DNA of 63,966 bases, counting the filler, from Folioceros fuciformis (taxonomy: Eukaryota): assembly GCA_049999805.1 (NCBI GenBank). It is 6 parts of 6 records of this genome, joined end to end, with 100 filler letters (N's around TTAATTAATTAA, not from the genome) between each part and the next. Parts side by side here need not be neighbours in the genome. Positions count along the whole stretch, not along the records: positions 21,723 to 30,540 come from JBNGIO010004457.1; positions 30,641 to 49,768 come from JBNGIO010004458.1; 4 more parts are not named here. One strand, 5' to 3'. The number at the start of each line of letters is the position of its first letter. The first letter of the stretch is position 1. This document shows, piece by piece, positions 21,723 through 35,510 of this stretch. Position numbers and translations under genes: made by a program. The notes under the pieces are model-generated. The model did not search any database. It was not told where the DNA came from and was given only the letters and a program-made list of their open reading frames with translations.

Positions 21723-24700
21723 AAACTGCTGACGGTGGGGAAACTGCTGACGGTAGGGAAACTGCTGACGGTGGGGAAACCACTGAGGCAAGGGAAACTA
21801 CTGAGGCAGGGGCAACTGCTGATGCTGGGGAAACCACTGTTGCTGTGGAAATTTCTGTTGCTGGGGAAACCTCTGTTGCTGGGGAAATCTGTGCTGCTGC
21901 AGAAATTGCTGTTGATGGGGAAACTGCTGTGACTGTAGAAACCGCTGTTGTTGTGGAAACTGCTGTTGCTGTTGAAGCTGCTCATGTCAAGGAAAATGCA
22001 GGTGCTGGGGAACATGCTGCCGCAGTGCAAACCATGGTTGCTGTGGAGCCTGCGGTTGTATTGGAAAATACTGAAAATTTGCTGGAGCTTGGTCCTCTTC
22101 CAGTTGTTCGCAGAGCGTCCCCACAGTTGGCGTACAGGAAGAGACCAAAGCCTGCTGCGGTGGTTAAACCCCCGCAGCTGGAGGTTGCTCCACTGGCATC
22201 TGCTCCAAATGGTGTAAATAAGGCTGATGTTCCAGATGTGAAGGAAGAAAAGCCTAAGCAAGTTAGACGCAAGCAAAAGAAAAACATTGCCAAGACAACA
22301 ACTGTCAAGGTGAAGAGGAGGAAACAGAATAGGGATGAGAGTGATGAGGGCGAGGCTTCACTAGGAGAAGAGAGCGGTGGCTCTGACAACAAAGATGAAG
22401 ACTTCTCACCAGGTCAGGCTCCAGAGGCTGAAGGTGAAAGCCCTCAAGATGATAAAGTGAGGCATAACAGAAGAGTGAAAAGGAATTGCACATTGAAGGC
22501 TGTGTCTAAGACAACATCTTCGTCTGCTATGCTTAAGAGTAAAAAGCCTGCAGGGACGAAGGTTCCAAAGGGAGGGAAACCAGCTGGGATGGCTGTGGAG
22601 AAGTGCACCTCCAACTTCAGTGAAGATGTGGGTGGACTTGATGGGTATCTATCTGTTCCTGAGAAACTTGTAGAGTCTGGATCTGACTTAGGAAGTAAAC
22701 CCCTAGTTGCAAAATCAGCAGCTGCAAAGGAGAAAACACTGCAGAAAGTTGAAGGAGAACCTGGCAAGTCAGGGCAGCAAGGGGATACACCAAAAGCTGA
22801 CGTCAAGGTTCCAGCAGCTGGAGTCTATCAGCGTCGGAGGCCTGGGCAGAAGTCGCAAGTGCCTGCCACCACAATCTTGGTATGTCTATTCTGACTCCTT
22901 TTGTTGCTGTGCTGTGTACTTATCGGTCAACCAACCAGACCCCTCGTTCCTGCCTACAGGATAGCAAGGCTACGGTTACCAAGTCTAAGCTTGAGGATCG
23001 AAATAAATCTGGTGGTCCTGGGGTAAGCGCGAAGTCTGCATCTGCAGGCGTACAATCTGAAAAATCATCACAGCTGAAAAGACGGAGGGAAGATGATATC
23101 AGGAAGGGCAAGCTCAAAGCAGAAGTTGGCAAAGAGGCAAAAGAAAGGGTATCTCAACAATCCGGCATCAGTAAAATTGCTGCTGCAGGGAAAAGAGATC
23201 CGGATGATAACCTCCCTCTAATTAAAAGGGCCAAGGTACGTGGTGACAAGGGCTTGTGGCATGCTGATAGAGATAGAGGCGGGAGTAAAATAAGGATGAA
23301 GGAAGCATCTGAGCAGCCAAAACTGGGAGCAGCACCATCTGCAGAGCTTGAAAAGAAGCCCAGGATTGATCAGATTCTGGCGAAGCCAAAGAATTCTGAC
23401 AGGGGAACAGTACTGCCTCCGAAGGCAGATAAGTCAAGGATTAGAAGTAGTTTGGCAGATGAGGAGGCAACACTGCCACCTTCAAAGAGGATACATCGTG
23501 TTAATGAAGCCTTGGCAGAGTGTGCTGCTGAGGCCTCTACTGCTGCAAGAGATGACCCTGTGAAGTGTGCTGAAGCTAGCCTGGACAAGTCTTCCACTCC
23601 AAGGATGCGAATTGAAACAGGGGTTGCTGATGCACAAGCTGGTGAACCCGTGCACACGACAGTGGATCAAGGCTTTAGAGAGAGAAACGAAGAGGGAAAA
23701 TCGCCTGCTCCCAGTAGGTTCTCTCCTTTGAAGCATCATCGCTTTACTGGCGATCAAAAGGGCACAGGTGATATGTCAGAAGTGAAAGGGAAGCTGACGA
23801 AATTGAAAAGACAACAAACTCCAGGTGGGGAAAGTGCTGGGAGTCCATTTGTGCATGGCAGCGACCCTTCAGACGCCTCTGCTCGAGGAGTCTCAAATGG
23901 GGTGAACTCTCTTGGAAGTTCTGATGTTGGCGGTTCGAGAGGACGGCCTGAAGACCCTGTCAACAGAGTTAGACAAGCGTAAGAATCTTGTTTAGGCTGA
24001 GTGTTCGTGCTTCTAAACTCATGCTTCTCATTTAGTCTGAGCTCTCTTTCTTGACTCAATGGCAGGTATGAAGCAGCGAAGGAGAAGCAAAAGCGGATCT
24101 CCAGGGAAGAGGATCCTTCTTCGTCAGCATCTCTGAAGTATCTTATTGCCCAAGCACAAGCTGCCCAAGCACAGGCCAAAAAGCAATCTCGTCACATGAT
24201 GAATGTTCCGGACATGATGGTACCTGTAGTGACAAGTCCCTCACCTATACTTCGAAGAGGGAGCTCACCGGTTCAAAATTTCGGCACTTCACAGGATGTT
24301 TTGAAATCAGGGCCGTATTCAGATTATACATCAGCTGATGCATCAAGGTTAGATGCCTACGGCTATGGACCAAGTCAAGGGCCTGGTATATCAGCTAGAG
24401 ATGGTGAATCAGCAGAAGAGAAAGAAAAAGCAACAGCACGGGAGGCGTTTGAGGGCATGCTAGAAACACTGTCTCGGGCGAAGGACAGTATTGGGCGAGC
24501 CACTCGCCATGCCATTGAATGCGCAAAGTTTGGCATTGCTGACCAGGTGAGCACCGGTCTTTCTTTGGGGTGATACGTTTTGTGTGTTTTCTTGTTTACT
24601 TGAAACTTCCGGTTTGTTAACTGCAACTGCGACATTTGTCTCAATATCAGTACACAGCTTCACCTGTAAGGTTTCTTGATGTGCCTGGTGCAATGCAGGT

Positions 24701-26868
24701 TGTGGAAGTTATAATGCACAAGTTGGAAGTAGAGACAAGTTTCCGACGCAGACTAGACCTTTTCTTCTTGGTGGACTCAATTGCCCAATGCTCATCCACT
24801 CAAAAAGGTAAGTCTGTGTTACGCCTGTCCCTCTAATTTTCTGCTTTCCCCTTGAGAATGACGTTGACTTATCATGCCCTTCCTTTTAGGTTCTGCTGGT
24901 GCGTCCTATGCCCAGGTTGTGCAGGTTGCGTTGCCACGGTTGCTGAATGCTGCTGCTCCACCTGGGCTGGTTGCTAGTGAGAATAGGCGCCAATGTTTGA
25001 AGGTATGTGTCCTCCATTTGCTTATGGTTCAATCGCTGCAGTGTCTAAGTTTCTGGAATGTGTAGTGGACGTAGAGACTTAAGGACCCGTACGTTTTTGC
25101 ACTTCCTGAATTTAGTTTTTGCAATTGTGGGATTCAGGTCCTCAGTATCTGGCTGGATCGGAACATCTTGCCAATCCCTGTCGTCAAGCACTTCATGAAG
25201 GAAATTGAACACCACAATGATGACCATACTGGAGGGAGCTTACCTCGTCGACCATCTCGAGCTGAACGTGCTGTTGATGATCCTCTGCGTGAGATGGAAG
25301 GCATGTTTGTGGATGAATATGGAAGGTGCAAGCGCAGATTCCTCTGGATCTTGACTCAACGTTGCAGTGTAGGAATTGCAGCTCAAGTGACTAACTTACG
25401 TAGAATTTGTTCCTTTGTCTTTTCTTCTCATTTGCAGCAATGCGAGTTTCACCATGCCTGGTCTTGTGATTCCTCGCATGTATGAGGATGATGAGGATGG
25501 CAGTGAAGGCGAGAGGAGGGTGGATGGTACTTATGAGAGTGGAATCACTGCAATGGAATTCAGTGATAGGCATCGACATGTTTTGGAAGACGTGGATGTG
25601 GAGCTTGAAATGGAGGATGTTTCACCAAGGTCTGACACTGAGAAGTCAAAGAAACTACCCAGTGAGGAGGTTGTAAGACCGGAGAGCACAGAATTACAGT
25701 CCTCTGCGTTATTGGGGCCCACAGATGAGGAGAAGGAATTTCCACCCCTGCCATCAGACCCTCCACCTCCACCGCCATCTCCTCCTCCTCTTCCTCAATC
25801 GCCTCCACCTTCGCCCCCACCGCCTCCACCTCCAGCTTCGCCACCCTCTCGGTCACCTGTGGCTGGGGTCCCATCCTTCGAGTCCATGTATGCCTCCCCC
25901 TCGAATCCTGAAGGTATGTTGGCAGGGTCAAGTCATGATGGATCTAGGATGGTTGCCCACAGCACACCTCATCAGGCTGCATGTGTGCCCGGGTTTGTCC
26001 AGCAACCATCAAAAACTGGGTTATCCCCCATCAATGTCCCTTACAGCACTCCCTTGCCGTACATGATCCCTCCCCTTCAAATGCCCGTTGTGTCCTTGCA
26101 GTCTAACCCCTCCCTGTCAACCTATGGCACAGCTCCAAGAGGTGCAGGGCTTGTGCCTGTGAGTCCGAGTTTTGCACAAAGCCCGTATGCCAGGTCTCAG
26201 GTGCTGGCTCAGCAGATTCCTCCTCCATATCATTTCAACAGAGAGGAACCTGGGCAGTCATTGCGTACAGATTCTGGAGATGACAGTGTGTCGCCCCATG
26301 TAAGAAAGGTTCAGGAGGACAACAAGTGTAGGATGCAGCAAGATCCAGGAGCAGATGGTGGGCAGAAAGCAGGTTTGTTTTTCTGCCAGGTTGTCATGTG
26401 GTAAGCTTTTGCTTGTTGCAGGTTCACGTACAGGATTGACCTCGTGGGCTTGCTTCCCATTAGGAAATACACCCTTTTCTCACGATCCCATGGTGAGGCC
26501 AGGCCTTGGCATGAGTCGTCCGAAAATGCTCCCTGCTTACTGTGGCACATCCCCAGGTTTGCCACCAAATCCTCCGAGGCCACAGTTTTCTTCTTTCTCC
26601 CCACCGCCTCCACCACCGCCTCCAGCACCTCCAGCACCTTCCCTTGCTGGGCATGGAGCTCCACCTGCTGTGTTGACTACAGGCGGATCAGGTATCATCT
26701 ATGTGTCTTTTTTGTGTGTTTTGATACATGGTGGGGCTTTTTTTATTTTGTCCTGGACACGGTGGGCTGATGACATTGCCGCCTCTCGCAGGACAACCAA
26801 CCTCACAAACCAAAATGCCTGGATTCAGACCTGGATTACCTTCCTCAAACGGCTGGCGCCCAAGTTGA
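21723..26868 (+). CDS. HUA2: HUA2/HULK-family protein (CID/RPR domain, proline-rich tail), 5'-truncated at the gap (PWWP domain not seen)
   Basis: DNLPLIKRAKVR; EATLPPSKRIHR; SLKYLIAQAQ; CID domain AREAFEGMLETLSRAKDSIGRATRHAIECAKFGIADQVVEV...LDLFFLVDSIAQCS; RRPSRAERAVDDPLREMEGMFVDEYGSNASF; HRHVLEDVDVELEMEDVSP; PPLP tracts; C-terminus WRPS* (stop 26866-26868). Multiple GT-AG introns. Confidence 0.92.
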
Positions 26869-27830
26869 TGGCTTCGGAATTAGAGGTGCCTTTTTTGCCT
26901 GCCTATGTCATCAGAAGTGTGTAGGGATTTGACAGCCGTTCAGCAAATGGTTAGAGTGGAGTGTGATGTGCAGTTCCTCAGCGTATAATTTATTAAAAAT
27001 TGTCCACATCGTTCTTTTTTTGAGTTCTGACTGGACTAGACTTCTCATCATTGGGGGTGAACTTTGGTCTGTGTTTCAGATTATGAAGTGTAGGTGGACA
27101 AAAGGCCCTCTGGCCCCTACTCAGGGGCAATGTATTTGAAGGATAAGACACTCAAGTAAGTTATCAGGTGCCCGGGAGGTTCATGGCAGATGCCTCATAC
27201 ACTCATGTAGATAAGTGGACTACTGCACCTACATTTTAGCACACGATAACATGGTCGACATCTGAATTCCTAGACACTCAGAACATCGAAACATTTGCTG
27301 CGTTGACACTGGATGTTCCAATGTTAATATAGTCCTTTAACGTCATATTCGCCGCCTAATGTCCAGCGGTATAGTGCCATTTGATCTCTTGGAAAGAAAA
27401 GATAAGGAAGCACCCCTGGTGATATTCCTTGGGATTTTATGGCAACTGCTAGGGAATTCCCTTGTTCCAGGATTGTCCGTTATGTCTAATGCTGCATGTC
27501 TCTTTACTCGGCATTCCCTCTTCCATTGTCATTCCCGTGACTGGCTTCACAAGCTGTGAGTGATGGGTTGTAGGGTGGGTTAACTCTGCTGCTGCCACTT
27601 AGATTTTACAANNNNNNNNNNNNNNNNNNNNNNNNNNNNNNNNNNNNNNNNNNNNNNNNNNNNNNNNNNNNNNNNNNNNNNNNNNNNNNNNNNNNNNNNN
27701 NNNNNNNNNNNTTGCGATGAGGTGGTCCTTCTGCCTAAATGTGCAACTTTGTTGCTCGGAATGGCTTTTCTCTTCCACGTTTGTAGATTCCCTCTATTCC
27801 TGGCTAGGGTGTGACTGCCATCAATGTTGG

Positions 27831-27947
27831 TCATTGCTGATGAATTAGAAACCCATTGTGTAGCTGACACTGAATTGGTGACAATGTGCCATTGCTGATG
27901 AATTAGATACCCGTTTTGTAGCTGACACTGAATTGGTGACAATGTGT
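27831..27947. repeat. Tandem duplication of about 59 bp
   Basis: cattgctgatgaattaga...gtagctgacactgaattggtgacaatgtg occurs twice. Confidence 0.85.
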
Positions 27948-30059
27948 GGTTCCAGGAACGGTGTCTCTGACTTGCTAAGCAACCATGCTGTGTCACAACA
28001 GTGCAATGTCATCGTGTGAAGGAATTGAGGTTCGTATGTTGTGACCTGTGAACAAGACAGGTCTCGTTTGCCTCTTGACTGATCTGAACACTCTTGTACA
28101 TTCGAAACTAAAAACTGACCCGAGATGAGGTATTTATCAATTTCATGACATGGTGCAGTAGGATTACGGTTGTACTGCGGCGGAATTTTCCAGTGGCTTC
28201 TATCGATATCATTGTAGATGGTAGATGTCGACTACGGACAGTACATAGCCGTTTGCGTTATCCAAGCCTGTGTGAAATCACCCAAAACTTGGGTGACCTG
28301 ACTGACAGCATTAGTGTTGTACCCTCTGCCGTGAAGCCTGTACTAACTCCCACCTTTGAAACTAAGAGCACTTTTTTTTTACGTTTGCATCTTGGAAAAT
28401 TGGATATGAGTTTCCTGGTCCTTGTTGAAATGGCAGCATTGGTCCGGACGTCTGGATGGCTGCGAAGGTCCTTCTTCAAGACCGGCTGTGGAGTTTTGGG
28501 CTGCTATTGCAAGATGAACTACTAGCTAGCAAGCGTAGAACCTCAGATCGGAGACGACTATTCGATCCGAGGTGTCGAGTGCGTGCATGAGTATGTCCAG
28601 CAGGTAGGTCAAGCAAGAGTAAAGACCGTGAGTTTGGCATAGTCCGGTCAACATCCTGTCGCGACTGTGTGAACCCGCAGTGATGCCGATTGATTGGTAG
28701 TAGCGTCCTGTGGGATGTACTGCTTATATAATTCAAAATGGAAGTGATTCTGCCTGGCAATGAAGTGCATACTTCTGATCTAGGTTTTAGCTGCCAGCAA
28801 TTTACATACTAGTCCACTGGGACCGCGGGGGTGGGGGGAAAGGGCGATGCAAACATTTGCCACTAGGGCAAGGGGGGCAAACATTTGTGCATCATTAATC
28901 GCCGTAGGTGACACTCTCCTTGTGTTTAGAGATGTGCGATGAATCAAATGTAGGTCGGCTCCCTCCGTGTATACCCTCTGTGCATAGCGCTCGCTGTATC
29001 AGTTGTAGGTCACGGTAGCTTGCGGGCACATCTGGTGGCCACAAGAGTAGTTGCAGGCCTTCATCTATGTTTATGCCTTCAATCTTGTCGTTTTGGTAAG
29101 TGCCTATCACCCCGTGCTACCTCTAACCCGTGACTTGTGCAATTTCCAGGTTCACTCCAATTCCACATCTTGCACTTAGCCGGAAGGGCTCTGTGGTGGA
29201 GGAGAACAGTGCATAGCCAGGAAGACTCTCTGGTGGAGGAGAACCGTATGAACCGAAATGGTTTTGTTGAAGTAGGAGAACTGCGTAAGCTCTGTGCAAA
29301 CTAAGAACGGCGTACCCCCTTTGGAAGCGGAGTTGGGAGGCAGCGACTTGGAAGGGAGTGGACACCAGGAAAGTATTCTGCCACCTTCTCTTGACACTCG
29401 TCATTCTCCTCGTCCTAGTTCAAAATTCTACGTTGTTTAGCGCACCAATTTGTCGAATGAAAAGAAAATTCAGGTGAGTGAGATCTAATCCCATTCCTCA
29501 AAATTTGTGTCCATCAATTACTCCTTGGTTGAAAGGTATCCTCCGAGGGACCGCAACCCGTGTTGCAAAGCTGGAGCGCGATTATGGAGAATCTTTAGTC
29601 GCTAAAAGTGTACTGTGTAGAAAGCATCCAGGATGAGGACAAACTGAAGTGGCCAGCATGAGGACAAACTGAAGTGGCCAGCATCCTTGCAGGAGGGACA
29701 TGTAGCCACGGATTAGTTTGGGAAGTTTTGTTTGTGTGTGTTTGATAATCAAAACTTAGCATTGGACTCCCCTATGTCCATAAAATTTATTTTTCATAGT
29801 TACTTTAAAAATATTGTATGGAGAGTATATACTTAAAGAACTTTAAAAATATTATGAGGAGTCTAGGCTAGCTGTAAAGACTAATGAAGCTTTAAAGAGG
29901 ACTTGGTGCATTTGAGTGCATTGAGAGTATTGCACAAGTCTTAGAAAAGTTGTAGAGCTACAAGAATAACTCTTGGGCCACATACCGAGAAGTTTCTCGG
30001 AAGTAATTCAAATGTTTAGAAGTAATGGTTGGTCCATGTTATGATACCTTAAAGGGCAT

Positions 30060-30420
30060 GTTGTGGTGTCTTCCAATAGCAAGCTACCTTCTTGTATTTG
30101 TTCATGGACTTGATACATAGGGTTGTCTTCCAATGGCGAGCTACCTTCCAGTATTTGTTCATGGACTTGATGTATAGGGCTGCCTTTCAATGTTGAACTA
30201 TTTTCCTGTATTGGATCATGGACTTGATGCATAGGGCTGCCTTCCAATGTTGAGCTACCTTCCAATATTGGTTCATGGACTTGATGNNNNNNNNNNCCTT
30301 CCAATGTTGAGCTACCTTCCAATATTGGTTCATGGACTTGATGTTTATGGCTGCGTACCAATGTTGAGCTACCTTCTAGGATTTGTTCATGAACGTAGAC
30401 ACATATGGTTGCCTTCCATC
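30060..30420. repeat. 57-bp minisatellite, about 6 copies
   Basis: Units catggacttgat...cttccaatgttgagctaccttccaatattggtt are spaced 57 bp apart. Confidence 0.85.
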
Positions 30421-32620
30421 TTATTTTAAATGGGATTTACAGATTATTCAAATAGAATTGAATTACATTGTCTACATATTCAAGAATACACTATTATCTT
30501 TCATAAAGAAGGTAAGTCTTTTAAACAAGCCCAAAAGGCANNNNNNNNNNNNNNNNNNNNNNNNNNNNNNNNNNNNNNNNNNNNTTAATTAATTAANNNN
30601 NNNNNNNNNNNNNNNNNNNNNNNNNNNNNNNNNNNNNNNNGATAGGGGGGATTATCCCCTATCCGTATGTATTCGTGCATGATAAAAATCTTTATCAGGT
30701 TTCATTCTAATAATTATAAAGTTGATTGTTACAAATATTTACATAATATGATGAATTATTTAATTCACCATAATATTCAATGAAATCCCTACAATTATGC
30801 TGGGCTCATTGAGAGGGGGACCACCTCCCTTATGCGTCATAACATTTGTTGGGAAGCGAGTGCGCATTTCCACCTACAGGGCACCGCCTTCGTCCTCCAT
30901 GGAGAATCGGTGAAGGAAAGGATCATAGAAGAAACAACCGGCATGGAACCTTGAAAGCGAAACACCGGTGTTACATGTGCGACCAGCTTTTGTGGAGCTT
31001 CAAAGAATGTGACGTGTGTGGTGGAGTGGGACAGAAGGCTTGTTGGGGCGGGGCCCATGTCTGCAGGTGAAGGCGGGTTGTTCACCGTGGAAGCTTGCGT
31101 GCGTGTCTGATTTTATCTGCGGAGCAGATACAAAGACGAGCCTGAAGACAGAGGTCGTAGAAAGATGCAGTCACACGGAGTCTAAAGTTCTAAAGCACTC
31201 TAGTATCGTGACCTCGTGACTCCGTCGCGACTCCCGCCTCTTCCACATCGCATCTGTAGTCGATGTATAAAGAAGGGCGTGGAGTTGCGTCTCAGGGATC
31301 GCGCCCGCTCTAGCGGGGCCCTGCGGCCACTAGAGAAGGGCGTAAGCAAACACAGGAGGTGTAGACTGGGCGGGCTGTGCTCCACTGCCCTGAACGCCCG
31401 ACCTCCACTCCACCTCTCTCTCTCCTAGAGCTCGGGGCCTCGTGAACAAGCCTCTTTCTAGGAGGCCGCTTCTTGCAGGCCATTTGCCCACGAGCCAGGG
31501 CCCTATCGTCCTGCCTCGGCCTGCTGCCCTTGTGGCTTTTAGGCTCGCACGACTCCGGTCCATTGGGCCTGGTCCGGTTCCCCGCACCGGTCTCCGGCTC
31601 CCTCCTGGCGGAGACTCGTCCGCTGGCCGCATGTGAACCCTGTTGCCGCTGTGTCATCGGAAGTGCTGGAAGTGGGCTGAAGGTGGTCTGGAAGCAGAAG
31701 CAGCAGCAGCATGTAGGCCCGTGAGCGGAAGGAATTGGGACGTTCAGCCGGGCTTTCGCGGCAGGGATGCCGGAGGGGCGCATTTTGGTCGCTGGGGCAC
31801 CGTGATCCGTGCAGAGGTGTCCTGCCCGGCCCGGCCCACCGAGCGCGAGNNNNNNNNNNNNNNNNNNNNNNNNNNNNNNNNNNNNNNNNNNNNNNNNNNN
31901 NNNNNNNNNNNNNNNNNNNNNNNNNNNNNNNNNNNNNNNNNNNNNNNNNATGGAGGCGGGAGAGGGATGCCGATCCCCACGCCCACTCTCACCGCCCATA
32001 TTACCGCAGCAGCGAGGTGTTGCTTCTTTCGTCTTGTTGCTCCTTTGTTTCTCGCTTCCCGTCTCGGCCACCTCCCTGCCTTCTTGATGCGTGGCAAGGC
32101 GATCCCGGTCAGCTCCCTGGCTGGGAGGAATTTGCAACGTGAGTGGGTGGTGGGTCGCCTGCCTGTCTGTCTGCCTTGTGTTTGTTGGCTTGCTCATCGT
32201 CTTTGCGGGTTGGGTTGGGGAGTGCAGATCTGCTGTCTCTTGCATGCTCTTGTGGCGACTGTGCTGCCGGATCTGCGCATTATGTTTGACCCGCCTCGCT
32301 TCTGGTTGGGGTTGCGGATTGTGGTCGTGATTGCGCGTACCTGGGGTTCCTTCTTGCGTGAGGTTACGTCCAAATGAGGGATGGTTGGAGCGGAGTTGCT
32401 TAGGTTTCTGCTCGCTAGTTTGGCATGCTGGAGTTTACACGGAGATGGTGGAGTTTGTGCGAGTTTTCGGGCTTTGGAAAATAGTGGGTTGCTACATGGG
32501 GTCGTGTACCTGATCTGCCTGATGCCAACTCTTTTGCCTTTTCTTTGCTTTTCTACGCCGTTGCATTGTTTGTTGCTGAGCTTGATGGCGGCGGGCTGAT
32601 TCCGTTTTGCTGCCACCCAG

Positions 32621-34825
32621 AACTCGCATGGGCAGGACAGGTCACGCTCGAGTCGGACTCGAGTGGGGAGGCCCAGCAGTTATGGCGACCGGTATCTGCC
32701 CTCGGCAACTCCGTCTGGAAGGGGAGCTGTTGGCTCTGTGAAGCCTGTTGTGGTTGATGCCGAGCTCACTGCGATTGAGCTTGGCAGAGGGCAGCAGTTG
32801 GTGCAGCTTCATACCGCGAATGATGGGAGCGGGAGCTCCGTGTCTTCGTCGGCCGCTTTGCCGGCTGCTGGGGGGGGTATTGTCCCGGATGCAGGGACGA
32901 CGAGCAACTACGTCACGAGTCAGTCGTTTGTCAGCACTCATGATGGGAGTGGGTCTGGGTCTGGGTCTGGCTCTAGCTCTAGCTCTAGCTCTAGCTCTAG
33001 CAGCAGCAGCAGCAGCAGTAGTACAGACTCTGATACGCCTCTGACCGGGAGGCGTCTTTTGGTGGGAGATGACCTAGAGATTGCAGGGAGAGGGCAAATC
33101 GAACTAGCAGCAGCGTCAGTTGGTGCAGTGGGCTTTGATGGATACGTCAGCGCTGCTACCACGGCCGGAGCCCACCAAGCATATGATGAAGGGGGGCTGC
33201 GGGCTGCTTGTGAGACGAATTTTAATCGCCATCGCGTTAATGAAATGCAGGAGCGACTTCGAAGATATGCCGGACTGCCCCCTTCGTTGGACATTCAGGA
33301 GTTGGAGAGAAGCGGTATTCTATCTGCTGAGTCCCAACTCGGAGTGCAACGACGAAGGATGGAGATCATGTCTGGTAGCCTTAATGACGTGGGCCAGAAT
33401 GTTGGAGCTTCAACGAACAGTGATGCATTTGATTTGACGGCATGGCCTTCACCTTCCTTCAGAGCATGGGACGGGTCATCTGGCCCGTGGCCTCAGGCTC
33501 ACCAAGAGCAACCTCTGTACGCTGAGGCTTGGGAGGGGAACATCACGATTAGGCCACCTGGTAGTCAGGGTAATGAAACTAGTTCTCCGCAGGTAGGAAC
33601 CTCTGGGCAGGCAAGCCCACCTCATGCAGAATCGGCTGGGTCGTCTCGGACTGATTCTGGTGGACGTGAACCTAGGCGGAATGGTGGGAGGAGGTGGTTT
33701 TGGGATGCGGTGACAAGGGCTGCATCACACCGTCGCACCACTGTCAGTCCGCTACCTGTGGTCATCGCTGAAGAGGTAGAAGAATTTGGGTCTTCAACAG
33801 ACAGATGGACAGCTCTCAGAGATTGGCGCTCAGGCCCCGAGGAAGATAGATTTGGAGATGGGGGCATTGTACAGAGTGGCAGAAGTCTGGACCTGGAGGA
33901 ACGGCGACGCCGTGTGAGATCACAGGTTTGCCTCATGTCCATTCTGGCATCCATTCGGATATGTCCCCTGAGTTGTTGCATTTTGTCTTATTTTGGCGTG
34001 GCCTCACAGGTTTGGGCTCTGCAACGGCTGAGCAATGGTCTTGAGGGTGTCCCTGGTCACGGAACTCCCTGTTCTCGTGGTGGATATCATCATGGCAGTC
34101 GATGTTCTTGTGAATCACACTCTTCGAGTGATGATACTAACACCAGAGCTAGCATATCAAGGATCATCATGTTGGCAGAAGCTTTGTTTGAGGTAGTCGT
34201 CTGCTGCCTCTTCTCTGCAGTCGGTCCAGCACTTAGACATGCCATGTTTTCTTGAACAATGGCCACTTTGGTTGTGCAGGTTTTGGATGAGATTCATCGA
34301 CAGTCACTGGCGTTGTCCCGATCTGCAACTGCTTCACCTGCGTCCCTTCCGGCCCCTGATACCGTGGTGGATGCCATTCCGATCCGGATACATAAAAAGC
34401 CTGAGAGCAGCAAAAACATCTGTGAAGACGCTGCACAGTAAGTAAACCTATGGTCTAGCTTCTTCACGTCTGTGTGTGTTTCGATGGACTTGCCTGGATT
34501 TCCATTTGTGTGCATCACTGTTGCAGTTGTAACACAATCCAGGCTGTGTTCTTCATGAAGGTGTTATATCTGCCTGGTGGAATACGAGGAAGGTGATCAT
34601 GTTCGGGTTCTACCTTGCCACCATGAATATCATATGGCCTGCGTGGACAAATGGTTGAAGGAAATCCACAGGTTTTTACTTCTGAAATCTTAGTGTTTGC
34701 GTCTGGTGCTTTCCCCACTTTGTCTGATGGGGTTGGGGTTTTGGTGCAGAGTGTGTCCCTTGTGCCGGGGAAATGTGTGTGAAAGCGCTGGAAGTAACCG
34801 CAGCTCGGCATCGTCAGTGGTCTAG
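32621..34825 (+). CDS. RING-H2 E3 ubiquitin ligase ([20 protein letters not shown] family); the 5' exon is uncertain and probably lies near or in the 31850-31949 gap
   Basis: Exons about 32621/32641-33925, 34010-34192, 34280-34437, 34561-34671, 34750-34825 give [25 protein letters not shown]...[13 protein letters not shown]...[48 protein letters not shown]. Confidence 0.92.
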
Positions 34826-35510
34826 GCTTTGTAATTCTCTCGTCAGCGGTGGTGTCGGCTACCTTGTATGCAACGACAACTGGTAAATGTAGTTCTAGGA
34901 GACATGTGGGTGGCACGGACCTTTGTCCTCAGTAATTTTAAATCTTATCAAAAGGTCTCTCAAAGAGGTGAACTGCGGGGATTGTGCCATAGCGGATCTG
35001 CTCACTGTTTCATAAAAAATCAGAATAAAATCGGCATTTGATTTTGTGTCTCGCACATGAACTGACTGCCGTTCTTCCCCACTTTCTGAATTTCGTCAAA
35101 CGATGCAGGAAGAAGAGGAACTCCACGAAAGTTTCCCTTGAAATCCCTTATCAAAAGTCGGATGAAGGAGAACGTGGCTAGCTCGTGGAGGACGGGGCGC
35201 TGACATCTATTGTCAGAGATGATGCCAAAAGGGTGGCATCCCACCTGTATGTACAGCACATTCCCTGTACAAGCGCGAGTGATTAAGACTACTGCCCACA
35301 CACAGGCTACGAAACATATTACGTATGTATGTGGCTTGTCCACCTGGAATACTCATACTCAATGTACTGAGCTGGCGCCGTTCGAGTTTCACATGGTTAA
35401 GCCGAGTGGTCAACGGAGTTGCGGTAATGGACTGCGTGAAAACTTCTTCTGGTGAGCAAGCGCTGCTCGAAAGGCTTGGACCATCCCTCATTTGAAGTTG
35501 TGGCCGTTGA

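Noticed and set aside
27831-28090. C/D-box-like motifs (TGATGA...CTGA) suggesting a snoRNA cluster
   Set aside because: No convincing terminal stems or rRNA-complementary guide adjacent to a D box; explained by a local duplication.
30846-31070. Cys-rich ORF with CYMC and CDVCGGVG (DnaJ-like zinc-finger motif)
   Set aside because: A single CxxCxGxG in a short non-ATG ORF, with no supporting exons identified.
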